Shown here: positions 41,266 to 54,530 of the stretch, one piece after another
Layout: every line of letters begins with the position of its first letter
Position numbering within the stretch: position 1 is the first letter of the stretch
Assembly: GCA_040381195.1 (NCBI GenBank)
Contig: JBEIHR010000002.1
Location: 1 to 56,262, forward strand
DNA length: 56,262 nt
DNA from: Rubricoccaceae bacterium
GTDB taxonomy: Bacteria; Actinomycetota; Actinomycetes; S36-B12
Reading direction: 5' to 3'
The notes under the pieces: model-generated
Told to the model about the DNA's origin: nothing
Seen by the model: only the letters and a program-made list of their open reading frames with translations
Database searches by the model: none
Translations under genes and position numbers: made by a program

Positions 41266-42163
41266 GTGAACAAGCCGGGATTCAACGTCGCTGGAGCAAT
41301 CGACCTCGCGGCTCTCGCGTCCCAGAAGCAGCAACAGGCGAAGGCGAATGCGGCCTTGGCCCACGCCCCCGACGGCCTCGTCATCGACGTGACCACCGCG
41401 ACCTTCGCGACCGATGTCATCGAGCGGTCGATGACCATCCCCGTGGTCCTGGATCTGTGGGCCACCTGGTGCGGACCGTGCAAGCAACTGTCGCCGACAC
41501 TGGAGAAGCTGGCCGTCGACTATGGGGGTCGCTGGATCCTTGCCAAGGTCGACGTCGATGCCGAGCAGCAGATCGCGGCGGCGTTTCAAGTGCAGTCGAT
41601 CCCATCCGTTTTCGCCGTGATCAAGGGCCAGCCCGTCCCGCTTTTCCAAGGGGCCTACCCCGAGGCGCAGATCCGTCAGATCCTTGATGAGGTTCTACGC
41701 GTGGCGGCGGAGCAAGGCGTCACCGGGAGTCTGGTCGCACCCCACGAAGTCGACGAAGTCGTCGAAGAGCCGGCGGACCCACGTCTTGAGCGCGCGGTGA
41801 ACGCCATCGATGCCGGGGAGTGGGAGGTGGCTCGCGCGGCCTACCGGGAGGTTCTGGCGCAGAATCCGCACGATGCGGATGCTCGCGCGGGTGTCGCACT
41901 CGTCGGTGTCCTCGAGCGCACGGCGCAGGGGGTTGCTCCTTCAACGCCCACCACGGTGGACGAGTACCTGGCTGCTGCCGATCACGCCGTGGCGGGAGGT
42001 GACTTCCCCCCTCGCCTTCGACCTCGGGATCACCGCGGTGCAGATGGCCTCCGGAGAGGATCGCAATTCCGCGCGTGATCGCGTAGTGGAGTACTTCACC
42101 ATCGCTGGGGATCACCCGGATGTGCCGAAGGCGCGAACGCGCCTGGCAAGCGCACTGTTCTAG
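41266..42163 (+). pseudogene. Thioredoxin-domain / TPR co-chaperone (YbbN-like) interrupted by a +1 frameshift in a C6 run
   Basis: Frame A (41266..42078) carries WATWCGPCKQL and TPR-like repeats, then ends in ...GGDFPPRLRPRDHRGADGLRRGSQFRA. Frame B (to 42163) continues with [51 protein letters not shown], the expected family C-terminus. The switch maps to cccccc at 42006-42011. Confidence 0.7.
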
Positions 42164-44316
42164 GTCGGTCGCCGGAAGTAGCACGCGGCCAACGGGGGAA
42201 GTACTGCGGTTGCACGTGGTCTCCCCTGGGCATCCGGTGATGCGTGGAGGACCCCAAGGTTGCCGGTATTGGTACCTCCGTAGATCGATGCATCGGAGTT
42301 GAGCACCTCACGCCACGTGCCTGCCAGGGGCAGCGCCAGGGAGTGGTGGAGGCGCGGGACGGGAGAGAGGTTGATCGCTGCTGCGATGCAGTCACCGTCC
42401 GGTCCCCAGCGCAGCCACGTGAAGACGTTCTCCGCGGAATTGTCGGGGTCGATCCACTGGAAACCCGACGGGTCGTCGTCCCAGGCCCACAGGGCGGGCG
42501 ATTCCCGGTAGACGGAGTTCAGGTCCGAGACGAGACGTTGGATTCCTTCGTGTTCGGGGTGTTGGGTCAGCGACCAGTCGAGCCCGCGTTCACTGCTCCA
42601 TTCGGCTGATTGCGCAAACTCCGAACCCATGAAAAGCAACTTCTTGCCCGGATGCGCCCACATGTAGGCGAGGTAGGCGCGCAAGTTTGCCAATGACTGC
42701 CATCGATCGCCAGGCATGCGTGAGACGAGGGAGCCCTTGCCGTGTACGACCTCATCGTGGGAGAACGGGAGTACGAAGCGCTCGCTGTAGGCGTACATCA
42801 TCGCGAATGTCATCTCGTTGTGGTGGTAGACGCGATGGATCGCTTCACGCTGCATGTATCCGAGCGAATCGTGCATCCACCCCATGTTCCACTTGAATCC
42901 GAAACCGAGGCCCCCCGTATCGGTGGGGGCGGTGACACCTGCCCACGCGGTCGATTCCTCGGCGATGGTGACGACTCCCGGAACCCGTCGGTAGACGGTT
43001 GCGTTCATCTCCTGAAGGAAACGCACGGCATCGAGATTCTCCCGGCCACCCTGGGCGTTCGGTGTCCATTCGCCCTCACGTCGGGAGTAGTCCAGGTAGA
43101 GCATTGACGCGACAGCGTCCACACGGAGTCCATCGATATGGAACTCCTCGAGCCAGTAGACCGCATTGGCGACGAGGAAGTTGCGCACCTCGGGGCGCCC
43201 GAAGTCGAAGACGTACGTACCCCAATCGGGGTGCTCCCCACGCCGCGGATCGGGGTGCTCGTAGAGGCACGTTCCGTCGAAGCGGGCGAGGGCCCACTCG
43301 TCCTTGGGGAAATGTGCGGGCACCCAGTCGAGGATCACCCCGATACCGGCCTGGTGGAGGGCATCGACGAGGAACCGGAAGTCGTCGGGGGAACCGAAAC
43401 GCGCGGTGGGTGCGTAGTAGCCGGTGACCTGGTACCCCCAGGAGGGTCCGTACGGATGCTCGGCAACGGGCAGGAACTCCACGTGCGTGAAGCCGGTCTG
43501 CGTCACGTACTCCACGAGGTCGTGAGCGAGGTCCCGGTAGGTCAATCCCGAACGCCAGGAGCCGAGGTGGACCTCGTAGATCGTCATGGGTCCACGATGC
43601 GGATCAGTGTTCGCGCGGGCGCGCATCCAGTCGCCGTCGTTCCAGGCGTACGTGGAGGTGACGACGACGGACGCCGTTGCCGGGGGTACCTCGGCAGCCT
43701 GCGCATAGGGGTCGACCTTGTCTCGCCAGGTGCCATCGCGCCCGAGGATCCGGTACTTGTATCGAGTACCGGAGCCAACTCCGGGCAGGAAGAGTTCCCA
43801 GACGCCGGAGGCTCCGAGGCTGCGCATCGGAAAAGCCCGACCGTCCCAGTGGTCGAAGTCACCCATCAGCCGCACCCCGTGCGCATTCGGTGCCCACACA
43901 GCGAAGGAGGTACCGGCGACACCATCGATCGTGACGGGGTGCGCGCCGAGCTTCGTCCAGATCTCTTCGTGGCGCCCCTCGCTGATCAAGTGCAGGTCCA
44001 TCTCGCCGAGGAGTGGGAGGAATCGGTACGGGTCGTGTGTCTCGTGGACCTCGGTTCCGTAGCGGATCTGGTAGCGGTAGTCGGGAATCGTGGGTCCCGG
44101 GATCTGGGCGACCCAGACATCGTCCTGCTCGCGCTGCATGGCGATCGTGGCTTCGGGAAGGAGCAGTGTGACGGAGTCAGCTCCAGGACGCAGTGTGCGA
44201 ATCGTCACCAGGTCGGGCGCGGCGTGGGCACCGAGAATCGCATGGGGATCGTGGTGTGCGCCGGTGAGCAGTCGCTCACTATCGGGCGGGGTGGTCGCCT
44301 TGGACCTCCGTGCCAT
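42160..44316 (-). CDS. glgB: 1,4-alpha-glucan branching enzyme
   Basis: 718 aa. GH13 motifs: [34 protein letters not shown]. Confidence 0.95.
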   Translation of the reverse strand: MARRSKATTPPDSERLLTGAHHDPHAILGAHAAPDLVTIRTLRPGADSVTLLLPEATIAMQREQDDVWVAQIPGPTIPDYRYQIRYGTEVHETHDPYRFLPLLGEMDLHLISEGRHEEIWTKLGAHPVTIDGVAGTSFAVWAPNAHGVRLMGDFDHWDGRAFPMRSLGASGVWELFLPGVGSGTRYKYRILGRDGTWRDKVDPYAQAAEVPPATASVVVTSTYAWNDGDWMRARANTDPHRGPMTIYEVHLGSWRSGLTYRDLAHDLVEYVTQTGFTHVEFLPVAEHPYGPSWGYQVTGYYAPTARFGSPDDFRFLVDALHQAGIGVILDWVPAHFPKDEWALARFDGTCLYEHPDPRRGEHPDWGTYVFDFGRPEVRNFLVANAVYWLEEFHIDGLRVDAVASMLYLDYSRREGEWTPNAQGGRENLDAVRFLQEMNATVYRRVPGVVTIAEESTAWAGVTAPTDTGGLGFGFKWNMGWMHDSLGYMQREAIHRVYHHNEMTFAMMYAYSERFVLPFSHDEVVHGKGSLVSRMPGDRWQSLANLRAYLAYMWAHPGKKLLFMGSEFAQSAEWSSERGLDWSLTQHPEHEGIQRLVSDLNSVYRESPALWAWDDDPSGFQWIDPDNSAENVFTWLRWGPDGDCIAAAINLSPVPRLHHSLALPLAGTWREVLNSDASIYGGTNTGNLGVLHASPDAQGRPRATAVLPPLAACYFRRPT

Positions 44317-44452
44317 TGCCCCAGCGTAGGGGTGCAGGACACGTCCGGAATGTCGGACGGCGCGATCCGATGCAAGTGATGAAACGCGATTACATGGTGA
44401 TCACTGGTTGTCGTGCGCGATGTGCGCGATCACGCGCACTACGGTGGCGGAC

Positions 44453-47046
44453 GTGAAAGCACTCCGTCGTCTCACTGTCCGAAGCCCGCTCCCGGGGAAT
44501 CTGACCGCGCTCGAGGGACTCGCCCTCAACCTCCGCTGGTCGTGGCATGCCCCTACTCGGGAGATCTTTCGCAGTATCGATCCCGATGTGTGGGAATCCT
44601 GCGACTACGACCCCATGCGCCTTCTCTGTGAGGTGTCATCCGGACGACTCGACGCGTTGAGTCAGGACCCAGCCTTCGTGGGCCGGGTGCATGCTGCACA
44701 CGCCGACCTCGAGACGTACGTGACCGCGGATCAGTGGTACCAGGGACTCCGGACACCGTGCACCGGCATCGCTTACTACTCGCCCGAGTTCGGCATCACG
44801 GGCGCCCTGCCGCAGTACTCGGGAGGTCTCGGAATTCTGGCGGGGGACCACCTGAAGAGCGCCAGTGACCTGGGAGTGCCGATCATCGGCATCGGGTTGT
44901 TCTACCGGAGCGGCTACTTCCGTCAGAGCCTGTCCTGGGACGGCTGGCAGGTCGAGCACTATCCCGTCTGCAATCCCGAGGGCACTCCGGTCACGCTGCT
45001 TCGCGAAGCGGATGGAACCCCGGCGAAGGTCGGTGTGGGCCTGCCCGGGAACCGCACCCTTGCTGCGCGCATCTGGGTCGCCCAGGTGGGCCGCGTGTCG
45101 CTGCTCCTCCTTGACTCCGATGTGGAGGAGAACGGCGCCGCTGAGCGGGAGGTCACCGACCGGCTCTACGGCGGTGGTGGTGAGTATCGGCTGCAGCAGG
45201 AGATGTTGCTCGGTATCGGCGGTACACGTGCACTCCGCGCGTACTGTCGGATCACCGGGTCACCTGAGCCCAATGTCTTCCACAGCAATGAGGGTCACGC
45301 TGGATTCCTCGGTATCGAGCGCATCCGCGAGCTCATCGACAGCCGCCCCGACCTGGACTTCGCCACCGCACGTGAGGCGGTGCGCGGAGGCACCGTCTTC
45401 ACCACCCACACACCCGTGCCCGCGGGCATCGACAGATTCCCGGTTTCCCTCATCGAGGAGTACTTCGGTGGTGACAACGCTGTGGCAGTGGTCCCGGTCC
45501 AGGACATCCTCGCGCTCGGACGGGAGACCTACGCCGGTGGTGATCCCGAGACGTTCAACATGGCCGTCATGGGGCTGCGCCTCGCTGGGCGTGCGAATGG
45601 TGTGAGCCTGTTGCATGGCGAGGTCTCGCGGGAGATGTTCTCCGGACTATGGCCGGGCTTCGAAGGCGACGACATCCCGATCACATCGATAACGAACGGC
45701 GTGCATGCTCCCACATGGGTCGCCACGCCCATGGCCGATCTCGTTGCGGAGACGGCGCACTCGGTGTTCCTCAATGACGCGGTGACGTGGGAGAACCTGT
45801 CGAACGTCGACGAGCAGCGCCTCTGGGAGACCAAGCGGGATATGCGCATGAACCTCGTCCAGGAGGCGCGTCTTCGCCTTCGAGAATCGTGGATCGCCCG
45901 CGGTGCCGCGGAGACTGATCTGGACTGGATCAGTGAGGTTCTCGACCCCGATGTCCTGACCATCGGGTTTGCGCGCCGAGTTCCCTCCTATAAAAGGCTC
46001 ACGCTCATGCTGCGCGACCGCGATCGTCTTCGCGCTGTCCTCACCGACCCCGAACGGCCCGTGCAACTCGTCATCGCGGGGAAGGCGCACCCGAATGATG
46101 ACGGGGGTAAGCGCCTCATCCAGGAGTTGGTGGCGTTTGCCGATGAGCACGATGTCCGCCATCGGATCGTGTTTCTGCCGAACTACGACATGACCATGGC
46201 CACGACGCTCTATCCGGGTTGTGATGTCTGGTTGAACAATCCGATTCGTCCGCTAGAAGCCAGTGGCACATCGGGCATGAAGGCTGCGCTGAACGGCGCC
46301 CTCAATCTCTCGATCCTCGATGGCTGGTGGGACGAGTGGTTCGATGGGATGAACGGATGGGCGATCCCTTCGGCCGACCGGGTGGATGATCCCGACCGGC
46401 GCGACGACCTCGAGGCTGATGCGCTGTACGACCTGATCTCCTCCACGGTGGCGCCACTGTTCTATGAACGCGACGAGCGCGGACTCCCAGGGCGCTGGCT
46501 GTCGATGATGCGACACACCCTGACAACCCTCGGACCCAAGGTGTTGGCCACGCGCATGGTGCGTGACTACGTGACGCGCCTCTATGTGCCGGTGGCGGAG
46601 TCCGCTGTGGCATTGCGGAGCGACGATTTCGCGCTCGCACGTGAAGTGGCCGCATGGAAGGACCGAATGCGGAGCGCATGGTGGGGTGTGCGCGTCGACC
46701 ACGTCGAGGCGGACACAGCAGGCGACGCTCTGCGCCTCGGGCAATCCGTAGCGATCCGGGCCTATGTATCGCTGGGCGAGCTCACTCCCGAGGACGTGCG
46801 TGTCGAAGTGATCGCGGGGAGTGTCGATTCGGACGATGTCCTGCAGGCTCCGTCCACCCAGGTGATGCGGCCACACGAACAGTTCGACAGCAATCGGTGG
46901 CGCTTTTCCGTCGACCTCACCGTGGAGCACCCGGGGGCCTTTGGCTACACAGTGCGCGTTGTGCCCTGGCACCACGGGCTGGTGAACCCCGCCGAGGTAG
47001 GGCTGGTCGCTCTTCCGATGAACGGAGTCACAGAGCTCGCGTTCAC

Positions 47047-47050
<4 letters not shown>
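44453..47050 (+). CDS. glgP: Alpha-glucan (maltodextrin/glycogen) phosphorylase, actinobacterial GlgP type
   Basis: Lies in the 44408..47050 ORF, with GTG at 44453 giving VKALRRLTVRSPLPGNLTALEGLALNLRWSW. Also GGLGILAGDHLKSASDLG and the PLP region SGTSGMKAALNG. Confidence 0.9.
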
Positions 47051-49131
<2,081 letters not shown>

Positions 49132-49187
49132 ACGCCGACGCTAGCGCGTGCGCGCCTGGCTACGCTGCTGCGGTCGAAGGGTGCGTC

Positions 49188-49967
49188 ATGGGTGAATTCG
49201 TCTCAATCGAGCGTGCGGGCGGCGTCGCGGTGGTTCGTATGAATCGACCACCGCTGAATGCCTTGAACCTGCAGATGCAGCGTGAGCTCCAGAGTGCCGC
49301 ACAGGAGATCAGTGGCGACGAATCGATCGGGGCGGCGATCGTCTACGGCGGCCCGAAGGTCTTCGCGGCGGGTGCGGATATCAAGGAAATGGTCGGTATG
49401 TCCCATACCGACATGGCCTATGCCGCCCAGTCACTGCATGAGGCGTTCAACTCGATCGCATCCATCCCGCAGCCCACGATTGCCGCCATCACGGGCTACG
49501 CGCTGGGTGGTGGCTGCGAAGTGGCCCTCTGCTGTGATCTGCGCATTGCGGCGGACGATGCAACCCTGGGACTGCCGGAGGTGACACTCGGGATCATCCC
49601 CGGTGCCGGTGGCACTCAGCGCCTTCCGCGCCTCATCGGTGCATCACGGGCCAAGGATCTGATCCTCACGGGACGCTTCGTGCGAGCAGTCGAAGCAGCA
49701 GAGATCGGTCTCGTGAACCGTGTCGTTCCCGCGGACTCGGTTCTCGAAGCGGCACAGGAGTACGCCTCGCGGCTCGCGCGCGGTGCCGGACTTGCGTTAC
49801 GCGCGGCGAAGCTCGCCATCGATTCTGGACTCGATTCCAGTCTGGACGCCGGGCTCGCGCTCGAGCGGACTCTGTTTACAGGCCTCTTCGCGACGGAAGA
49901 CCGGGCACGCGGCATGGAGTCATTCATCGCGGAGGGCCCGGGCAAGGCCGAGTTCATCTCCCGATGA
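49188..49967 (+). CDS. Enoyl-CoA hydratase (crotonase family)
   Basis: 259 aa. FAAGADIKEM and AAITGYALGGGCEVALCCDLRIA. Confidence 0.9.
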   Translation: MGEFVSIERAGGVAVVRMNRPPLNALNLQMQRELQSAAQEISGDESIGAAIVYGGPKVFAAGADIKEMVGMSHTDMAYAAQSLHEAFNSIASIPQPTIAAITGYALGGGCEVALCCDLRIAADDATLGLPEVTLGIIPGAGGTQRLPRLIGASRAKDLILTGRFVRAVEAAEIGLVNRVVPADSVLEAAQEYASRLARGAGLALRAAKLAIDSGLDSSLDAGLALERTLFTGLFATEDRARGMESFIAEGPGKAEFISR

Positions 49968-50878
49968 CCACGTCTCCCTCGTCGGCGAAGGCAGCCAATG
50001 TCGTCTATCACGACTGGGAAGCCGAGACGTACGACACCAAGTGGAGCATCTCGTTCGATGAGCGCTGCATCGAGTACGCCCGTCACGCATTCGACTCCGC
50101 ATCGGGTCGTACCCTCACGTTGCCGGTGGGTCGCGCCGTCGAAATCGGCGCGGGGACCGGCTTCTTTCTCCTGAACCTGATGCAGTCCGGCGTCGCCCGC
50201 CAGGGGGTCGTCACGGATATCTCCTCAGGAATGGTGCGCACCGCCGTGCGACAGGCGGGGGAATTGGGGCTCGATGTCCTCGGTGTCGTGGCCGATGCCG
50301 AGTCGCTTCCCATCGCAGATACGAGTTGCGACCTCGTGGTGGGACATGCCGTGCTGCACCACATTCCCGATGTCGAGCGTGCGATCACCGAAGTTCTGCG
50401 CATCCTTCGGCCCGGCGGAGTCTTCGTGATCACCGGGGAGCCGACCCAGAAGGGGGACTTCATCGCGCGACGTCTTTCACGACTCACCTGGTGGGTCACC
50501 TCCCGTGTCACACAGGCTCCGGGGCTCCGTCAGCGGTGGGCTCGCCCGCCCGGGGAGCTCGCGGAGTCGTCGGAAGCGGCCGCCCTCGAGGCCGTCGTGG
50601 ATCTGCATACATTCGATCCGGACGAGTTGGCGCGCACGTGCCTGCGTGCGGGGGCCGTAGACGTCCGGACCCACACCTCCGAATTCGCCGCATCATGGTT
50701 CGGCTGGCCGGTGCGCACCTTCGAGGCAGCCGTCAAGCCGGGCGCACTGGGTCTCGGGTGGGCGATGTTCGCGTACCGAACGTGGCAGGGGCTGACACGA
50801 TTGGATGAGTCAGTGCTTGCGCATGTCGTGCCAGATGAGTTGTTCTACAACGTCTCGGTGTCAGGAGCGAAACCATGA
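49964..50878 (+). CDS. Class I SAM-dependent methyltransferase
   Basis: 304 aa. Motif I VEIGAGTGFF, plus DLVVGHAVLHHIPD and LRPGGVFVITGEP. ATGA overlaps on both sides. Confidence 0.8.
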   Translation: MTTSPSSAKAANVVYHDWEAETYDTKWSISFDERCIEYARHAFDSASGRTLTLPVGRAVEIGAGTGFFLLNLMQSGVARQGVVTDISSGMVRTAVRQAGELGLDVLGVVADAESLPIADTSCDLVVGHAVLHHIPDVERAITEVLRILRPGGVFVITGEPTQKGDFIARRLSRLTWWVTSRVTQAPGLRQRWARPPGELAESSEAAALEAVVDLHTFDPDELARTCLRAGAVDVRTHTSEFAASWFGWPVRTFEAAVKPGALGLGWAMFAYRTWQGLTRLDESVLAHVVPDELFYNVSVSGAKP

Positions 50879-52050
50879 CCCGGATCGTCCACCTGTCGTG
50901 GGAATATCCACCTCGCGTGTTCGGCGGGCTCGGCCGCCACGTGGAAGCCCTGGCCGAGGCGCAGGCCCGGTTGGGTCACGATGTCACCGTGCTCACGGCC
51001 GCCACGGACGACGCCCCCGCGAGGGAGGTCGTCAACGGTGTCACGGTCTGGCGGGTCCGCAGGGACCCACCCGATGTGCCGTTCGATGTCGACCACCTCA
51101 TGGTGTGGAGCTTCGGGCTCGAGACGGCCATTGCGCGCGTAGCGGCCGAGGAGGGGCTTCGAGCAGATGTGGTGCACGCCCACGACTGGCATTTGGTGCA
51201 CGCGGCTGCTGCACTCCGCGTGAGTACGGGTGCGACGTTCGTCCTCACGATCCACGCGACCGAGGCAGGTCGACACCGCGGGTGGGTGACCTCGGATCTC
51301 TCGCGCCAGATCCACGGTCTCGAGTGGTGGGCGGCGCGGGAGGCCGACGTGCTGATCACCTGCAGCCGGGCGATGGAAAGCGAGGTCGCGACGCTCTTCG
51401 GTGCGACCCATGTGGACGTGATCCCGAATGGCGTGGAGGTGAAGGAGCTCCCTTCGGGGACCCGCGGGCGCGAGATCGTCTACCTGGGACGACTCGAGTG
51501 GGAGAAGGGAGTACAGACGCTGGTCGACGCGCTAGCCCTGCTTCGGGCGCGTGGCGTGGAGTTCACAGCGGTCCTCTGTGGACGTGGCTCCTTCGAGCCG
51601 CAGTTGCGCGAACGTGTCGCCGAGAAGCACCTGTCCGACATCGTGAGATTCGAGGGATGGATCAGTGAGGAGGAGAAGCGGAGGATGTTGCGCTCCGCTG
51701 GCGCAGCCGTGGTGCCCTCGTTCTATGAGCCCTTCGGGATCGTCGCGCTGGAAGCGGTCGAATCCGGCGCTCCGATCGTCGTGTCGAACGTCGGTGGCCT
51801 GGGAGAAATCGCTGCGAACGTTCCAGGATCGATGACGTTCCCCTCAGGGGAGTCCGATGCGCTCGCCGACTCTCTCGAGAAAGTTCTGGAGACCGCGCAC
51901 GATCCTGTGGCAGCACGCGCCGTTCTCGCCGAGATGTACTCATGGGACGGCATCGCCCGTGACTCGGTGAAGGCCTATGCGCGTGCGACGCGGCGCATGT
52001 CCTCGGAGGGCTACCGGGTTCCCCCGGATGATCGCAGTGTCCTCGCCTGA
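50875..52050 (+). CDS. GT4-family alpha-glucosyltransferase (glycogen-synthase-like, Rv3032 type)
   Basis: 391 aa. SWEYPPRVFGGLGRHV, HAHDW, TIHATEAGRHRGWV, YLGRLEWEKGV, PSFYEPFGIVALEA. From memory these resemble M. tuberculosis Rv3032 more than GlgA/GlgM. Confidence 0.8.
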   Translation: MTRIVHLSWEYPPRVFGGLGRHVEALAEAQARLGHDVTVLTAATDDAPAREVVNGVTVWRVRRDPPDVPFDVDHLMVWSFGLETAIARVAAEEGLRADVVHAHDWHLVHAAAALRVSTGATFVLTIHATEAGRHRGWVTSDLSRQIHGLEWWAAREADVLITCSRAMESEVATLFGATHVDVIPNGVEVKELPSGTRGREIVYLGRLEWEKGVQTLVDALALLRARGVEFTAVLCGRGSFEPQLRERVAEKHLSDIVRFEGWISEEEKRRMLRSAGAAVVPSFYEPFGIVALEAVESGAPIVVSNVGGLGEIAANVPGSMTFPSGESDALADSLEKVLETAHDPVAARAVLAEMYSWDGIARDSVKAYARATRRMSSEGYRVPPDDRSVLA

Positions 52051-52741
52051 GTTTCGAGTCCTCAGTCGCTCGAATCTGCGCTGGATCATCCGGAACCGTG
52101 CCTGGACGTGGTGGTACCTCGTCCGCTACGCACGTTTCGTGCGTTTCAGAATCCGTCATCCCCGGATCGAATGTGCTGGCCTTGTATTCCTCGGCCGGCG
52201 TGTCACCATCGAACAGCGTCGTGGTCACGGACGGATCCGCATCGGCGCCTGGGTGCATATCGGGGATGACAATCGAATCCGCTGTCACGAGGGCACCCTG
52301 CGCATCGGAGACAAATCCGTCCTCGGTCGAGACAACACGATCAACTGCTACATGGACATATCCATCGAACCCGAGACCTTGATCAGTGACTGGGTGTACA
52401 TCTGCGACTTCGACCACAGGAGTGACGACATCCATACCGCCATCCGACGCCAGGGGATCGTCAAGGCCCCGGTGCGGATCGGCCGGGGGTCGTGGATCGG
52501 TGTCAAGGCCTCCCTCCTGCGCGGGGCGGACATCGGGGAGCACTCGATCGTCGGTGCGCATGCGGTCGTCCGGGGCGCGGTGCCCCCCCACTCCGTCGTG
52601 GCGGGGATTCCCGCGCGGGTCGTGCGTGCCAGGCAGCCGATTCCCCCACCCCCGGAGGTTCAGGAGATCGAGGCGGCGACCCGTGCGGCCGTGGAGGCCC
52701 GCGTCGCCCGGGCGAAACGCGCGCCCGAGGGGAGTCCATGA
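52028..52741 (+). CDS. Left-handed beta-helix (hexapeptide-repeat) acyl/acetyltransferase
   Basis: Lies in the 51977..52741 ORF, with the ATG at 52028 overlapping the GT4 3' end. Hexapeptide repeats: IGAWVHIGDDNRI, IGRGSWIGVKASLLRGADIGEHSIVGAHAVV. Confidence 0.7.
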   Translation: MIAVSSPEFRVLSRSNLRWIIRNRAWTWWYLVRYARFVRFRIRHPRIECAGLVFLGRRVTIEQRRGHGRIRIGAWVHIGDDNRIRCHEGTLRIGDKSVLGRDNTINCYMDISIEPETLISDWVYICDFDHRSDDIHTAIRRQGIVKAPVRIGRGSWIGVKASLLRGADIGEHSIVGAHAVVRGAVPPHSVVAGIPARVVRARQPIPPPPEVQEIEAATRAAVEARVARAKRAPEGSP

Positions 52742-52768
52742 TTGGATACAATCGTCGAAGGGAATGCG

Positions 52769-53548
52769 ATGAAGGTCGCCGTGTGTGTCAAACAGGTTCC
52801 GGACACCTGGGCGGAGAAGCGCCTGCGGGCCGAGGACTCCCTCCTGGATCGTGAGAGCGCCGACGGGGTCATGAACGAACTCGACGAGTACGCGGTCGAG
52901 CAGGCCCTCCAGATCGTCGAGGCGGCCGGTGGCGAGGTCGTGGTGGTCTCGATGGGGCCAGAGCGGGCCGCGGAGACCGTCCGCAAGGCCCTCAGCATGG
53001 GAGCCGACTCCGGGATCCATGTCGTCGACGACGCCCTGCGGGGCTCCGATGCCATCGCCACCGCCAACGCCCTGGCCGCGGCGCTGAAGGACCGCGGCTT
53101 CGACCTGATCGTCTTCGGTTCGGAATCCACCGATGCCCGGATGAGCGTGATCCCAGCCATGGTTGCCGAGATCCTCGGCATCGCGCAGTTGACGTTCGCC
53201 CAGAAGGTCGTGGTCGAGGGCTCCGTGGTCACAATCGAGCGCGTGACCGACTACGGCTTCGACACCGTCACCGCGAGCACCCCGGCGGTCATCAGCGTCG
53301 TCGAGAAGATCAACGAGCCGCGATACCCATCCTTCAAGGGGATCATGGCCGCGAAGAAGAAGCCGGTCGAGACCATCGGGCTCGCGGAGCTGTCGCTGGA
53401 TCCCGGCGCGGTCGGAAGTCGTGCAGCGTGGAGTGCTGTTGCGGACTTCTCCGCGCGCCCAGCCAAGGCAGCGGGCGTCGTCGTGTCGGATGCGGGGGAT
53501 GGTGGCACGAAGATCGCCGAGTTCCTCGCCGAGCAGAAGTTCATCTAA
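52769..53548 (+). CDS. etfB: Electron transfer flavoprotein subunit beta
   Basis: Lies in the 52742..53548 ORF, with the ATG at 52769 after GAAGGGA. MKVAVCVKQVPDT... Confidence 0.9.
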   Translation: MKVAVCVKQVPDTWAEKRLRAEDSLLDRESADGVMNELDEYAVEQALQIVEAAGGEVVVVSMGPERAAETVRKALSMGADSGIHVVDDALRGSDAIATANALAAALKDRGFDLIVFGSESTDARMSVIPAMVAEILGIAQLTFAQKVVVEGSVVTIERVTDYGFDTVTASTPAVISVVEKINEPRYPSFKGIMAAKKKPVETIGLAELSLDPGAVGSRAAWSAVADFSARPAKAAGVVVSDAGDGGTKIAEFLAEQKFI

Positions 53549-53558
53549 GGAGCGCGTC

Positions 53559-54518
53559 ATGGCAGATGTCCTCGTTCTCGTGGAGCAATTCGGTGGTCAG
53601 GTGAAGAAGGCCACCGCGGAACTCTTGACCGCTGCGCGGAGACTCGGGTCACCCGTGGCCGTGTGGATCGGCCCCGGATGCGACGACGGCGCGATGGCGA
53701 CACTCGCGGAATTCGGCGCAACCGAAGTGCTGGTTGCCGATGCGCCGCAGTACACCGACCACTCGGTCGCACCCATCGCCGACGTCCTCGCCGCACTCGT
53801 GGCCCAGCGGTCGCCGGCCGCGGTGCTCGTGGCCTCCAGTGCCACCGGCAAAGAGGCGGCAGGCCGCCTGGCCATCAAAACGAACAGCGGAATCATTACC
53901 GACGCCGTCGACATAGCCGCGGATGGAACCGCCACCCAGAGCGTCTTCGGTGGTTCCACCATCGTGCACTCCCGCGTCACGCAGGGAACGCCCATCATCA
54001 CCGTCCGGGTGAATTCGATCGCACCGGAGCCGCAGGTGAGCACGCCAACGCGCAGCACGATCGACGTGCCGGTCAGCGATACCTCGACCACGACGCGCGT
54101 CACCGAGCGAACCGAGGCCACCAAGGGTGGTCGGCCAGAGCTCGCCGAGGCAGCCGTCGTGGTGTCGGGTGGGCGCGGCGTCGGGTCGGCGGACGGATTC
54201 GGCGTCATCGAGGCGCTGGCCGATTCGCTGGGGGCCGCGGTGGGCGCCTCACGCGCTGCGACGGACGCCGGGTGGTACCCGCATACCCATCAGGTCGGGC
54301 AGACGGGCAAGACCGTGTCTCCCCAGCTCTACATCGCGAACGGCATCTCCGGTGCCATCCAGCATCGCGCGGGGATGCAGACCTCGAAGACCATCGTGGT
54401 GGTCAATAAGGACCCCGAGGCGCCCATCTTCGAACTCGCCGATTTCGGAGTCGTGGGGGACCTCTTCGAGGTCGTCCCACAGCTCACCGAGGAGATCAAG
54501 AAGCGCGCGGGCGCGTGA
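53559..54518 (+). CDS. etfA: Electron transfer flavoprotein subunit alpha
   Basis: Lies in the 53421..54518 ORF, with the ATG at 53559 after TAAGGAG. FAD-binding region [39 protein letters not shown]. Confidence 0.9.
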   Translation: MADVLVLVEQFGGQVKKATAELLTAARRLGSPVAVWIGPGCDDGAMATLAEFGATEVLVADAPQYTDHSVAPIADVLAALVAQRSPAAVLVASSATGKEAAGRLAIKTNSGIITDAVDIAADGTATQSVFGGSTIVHSRVTQGTPIITVRVNSIAPEPQVSTPTRSTIDVPVSDTSTTTRVTERTEATKGGRPELAEAAVVVSGGRGVGSADGFGVIEALADSLGAAVGASRAATDAGWYPHTHQVGQTGKTVSPQLYIANGISGAIQHRAGMQTSKTIVVVNKDPEAPIFELADFGVVGDLFEVVPQLTEEIKKRAGA

Positions 54519-54530
54519 CCCTACGATGAC

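Noticed and set aside
51662-53560. 632-aa minus-strand ORF. Similar long antisense ORFs occur at 13862-15415, 883-2064, 43138-44379 and 48085-49242.
   Set aside because: Each lies opposite a confidently identified gene (GT4/LbH/etfB, argS, kgd, glgB, glgX) and shows no protein-family features. They are high-GC artefacts.
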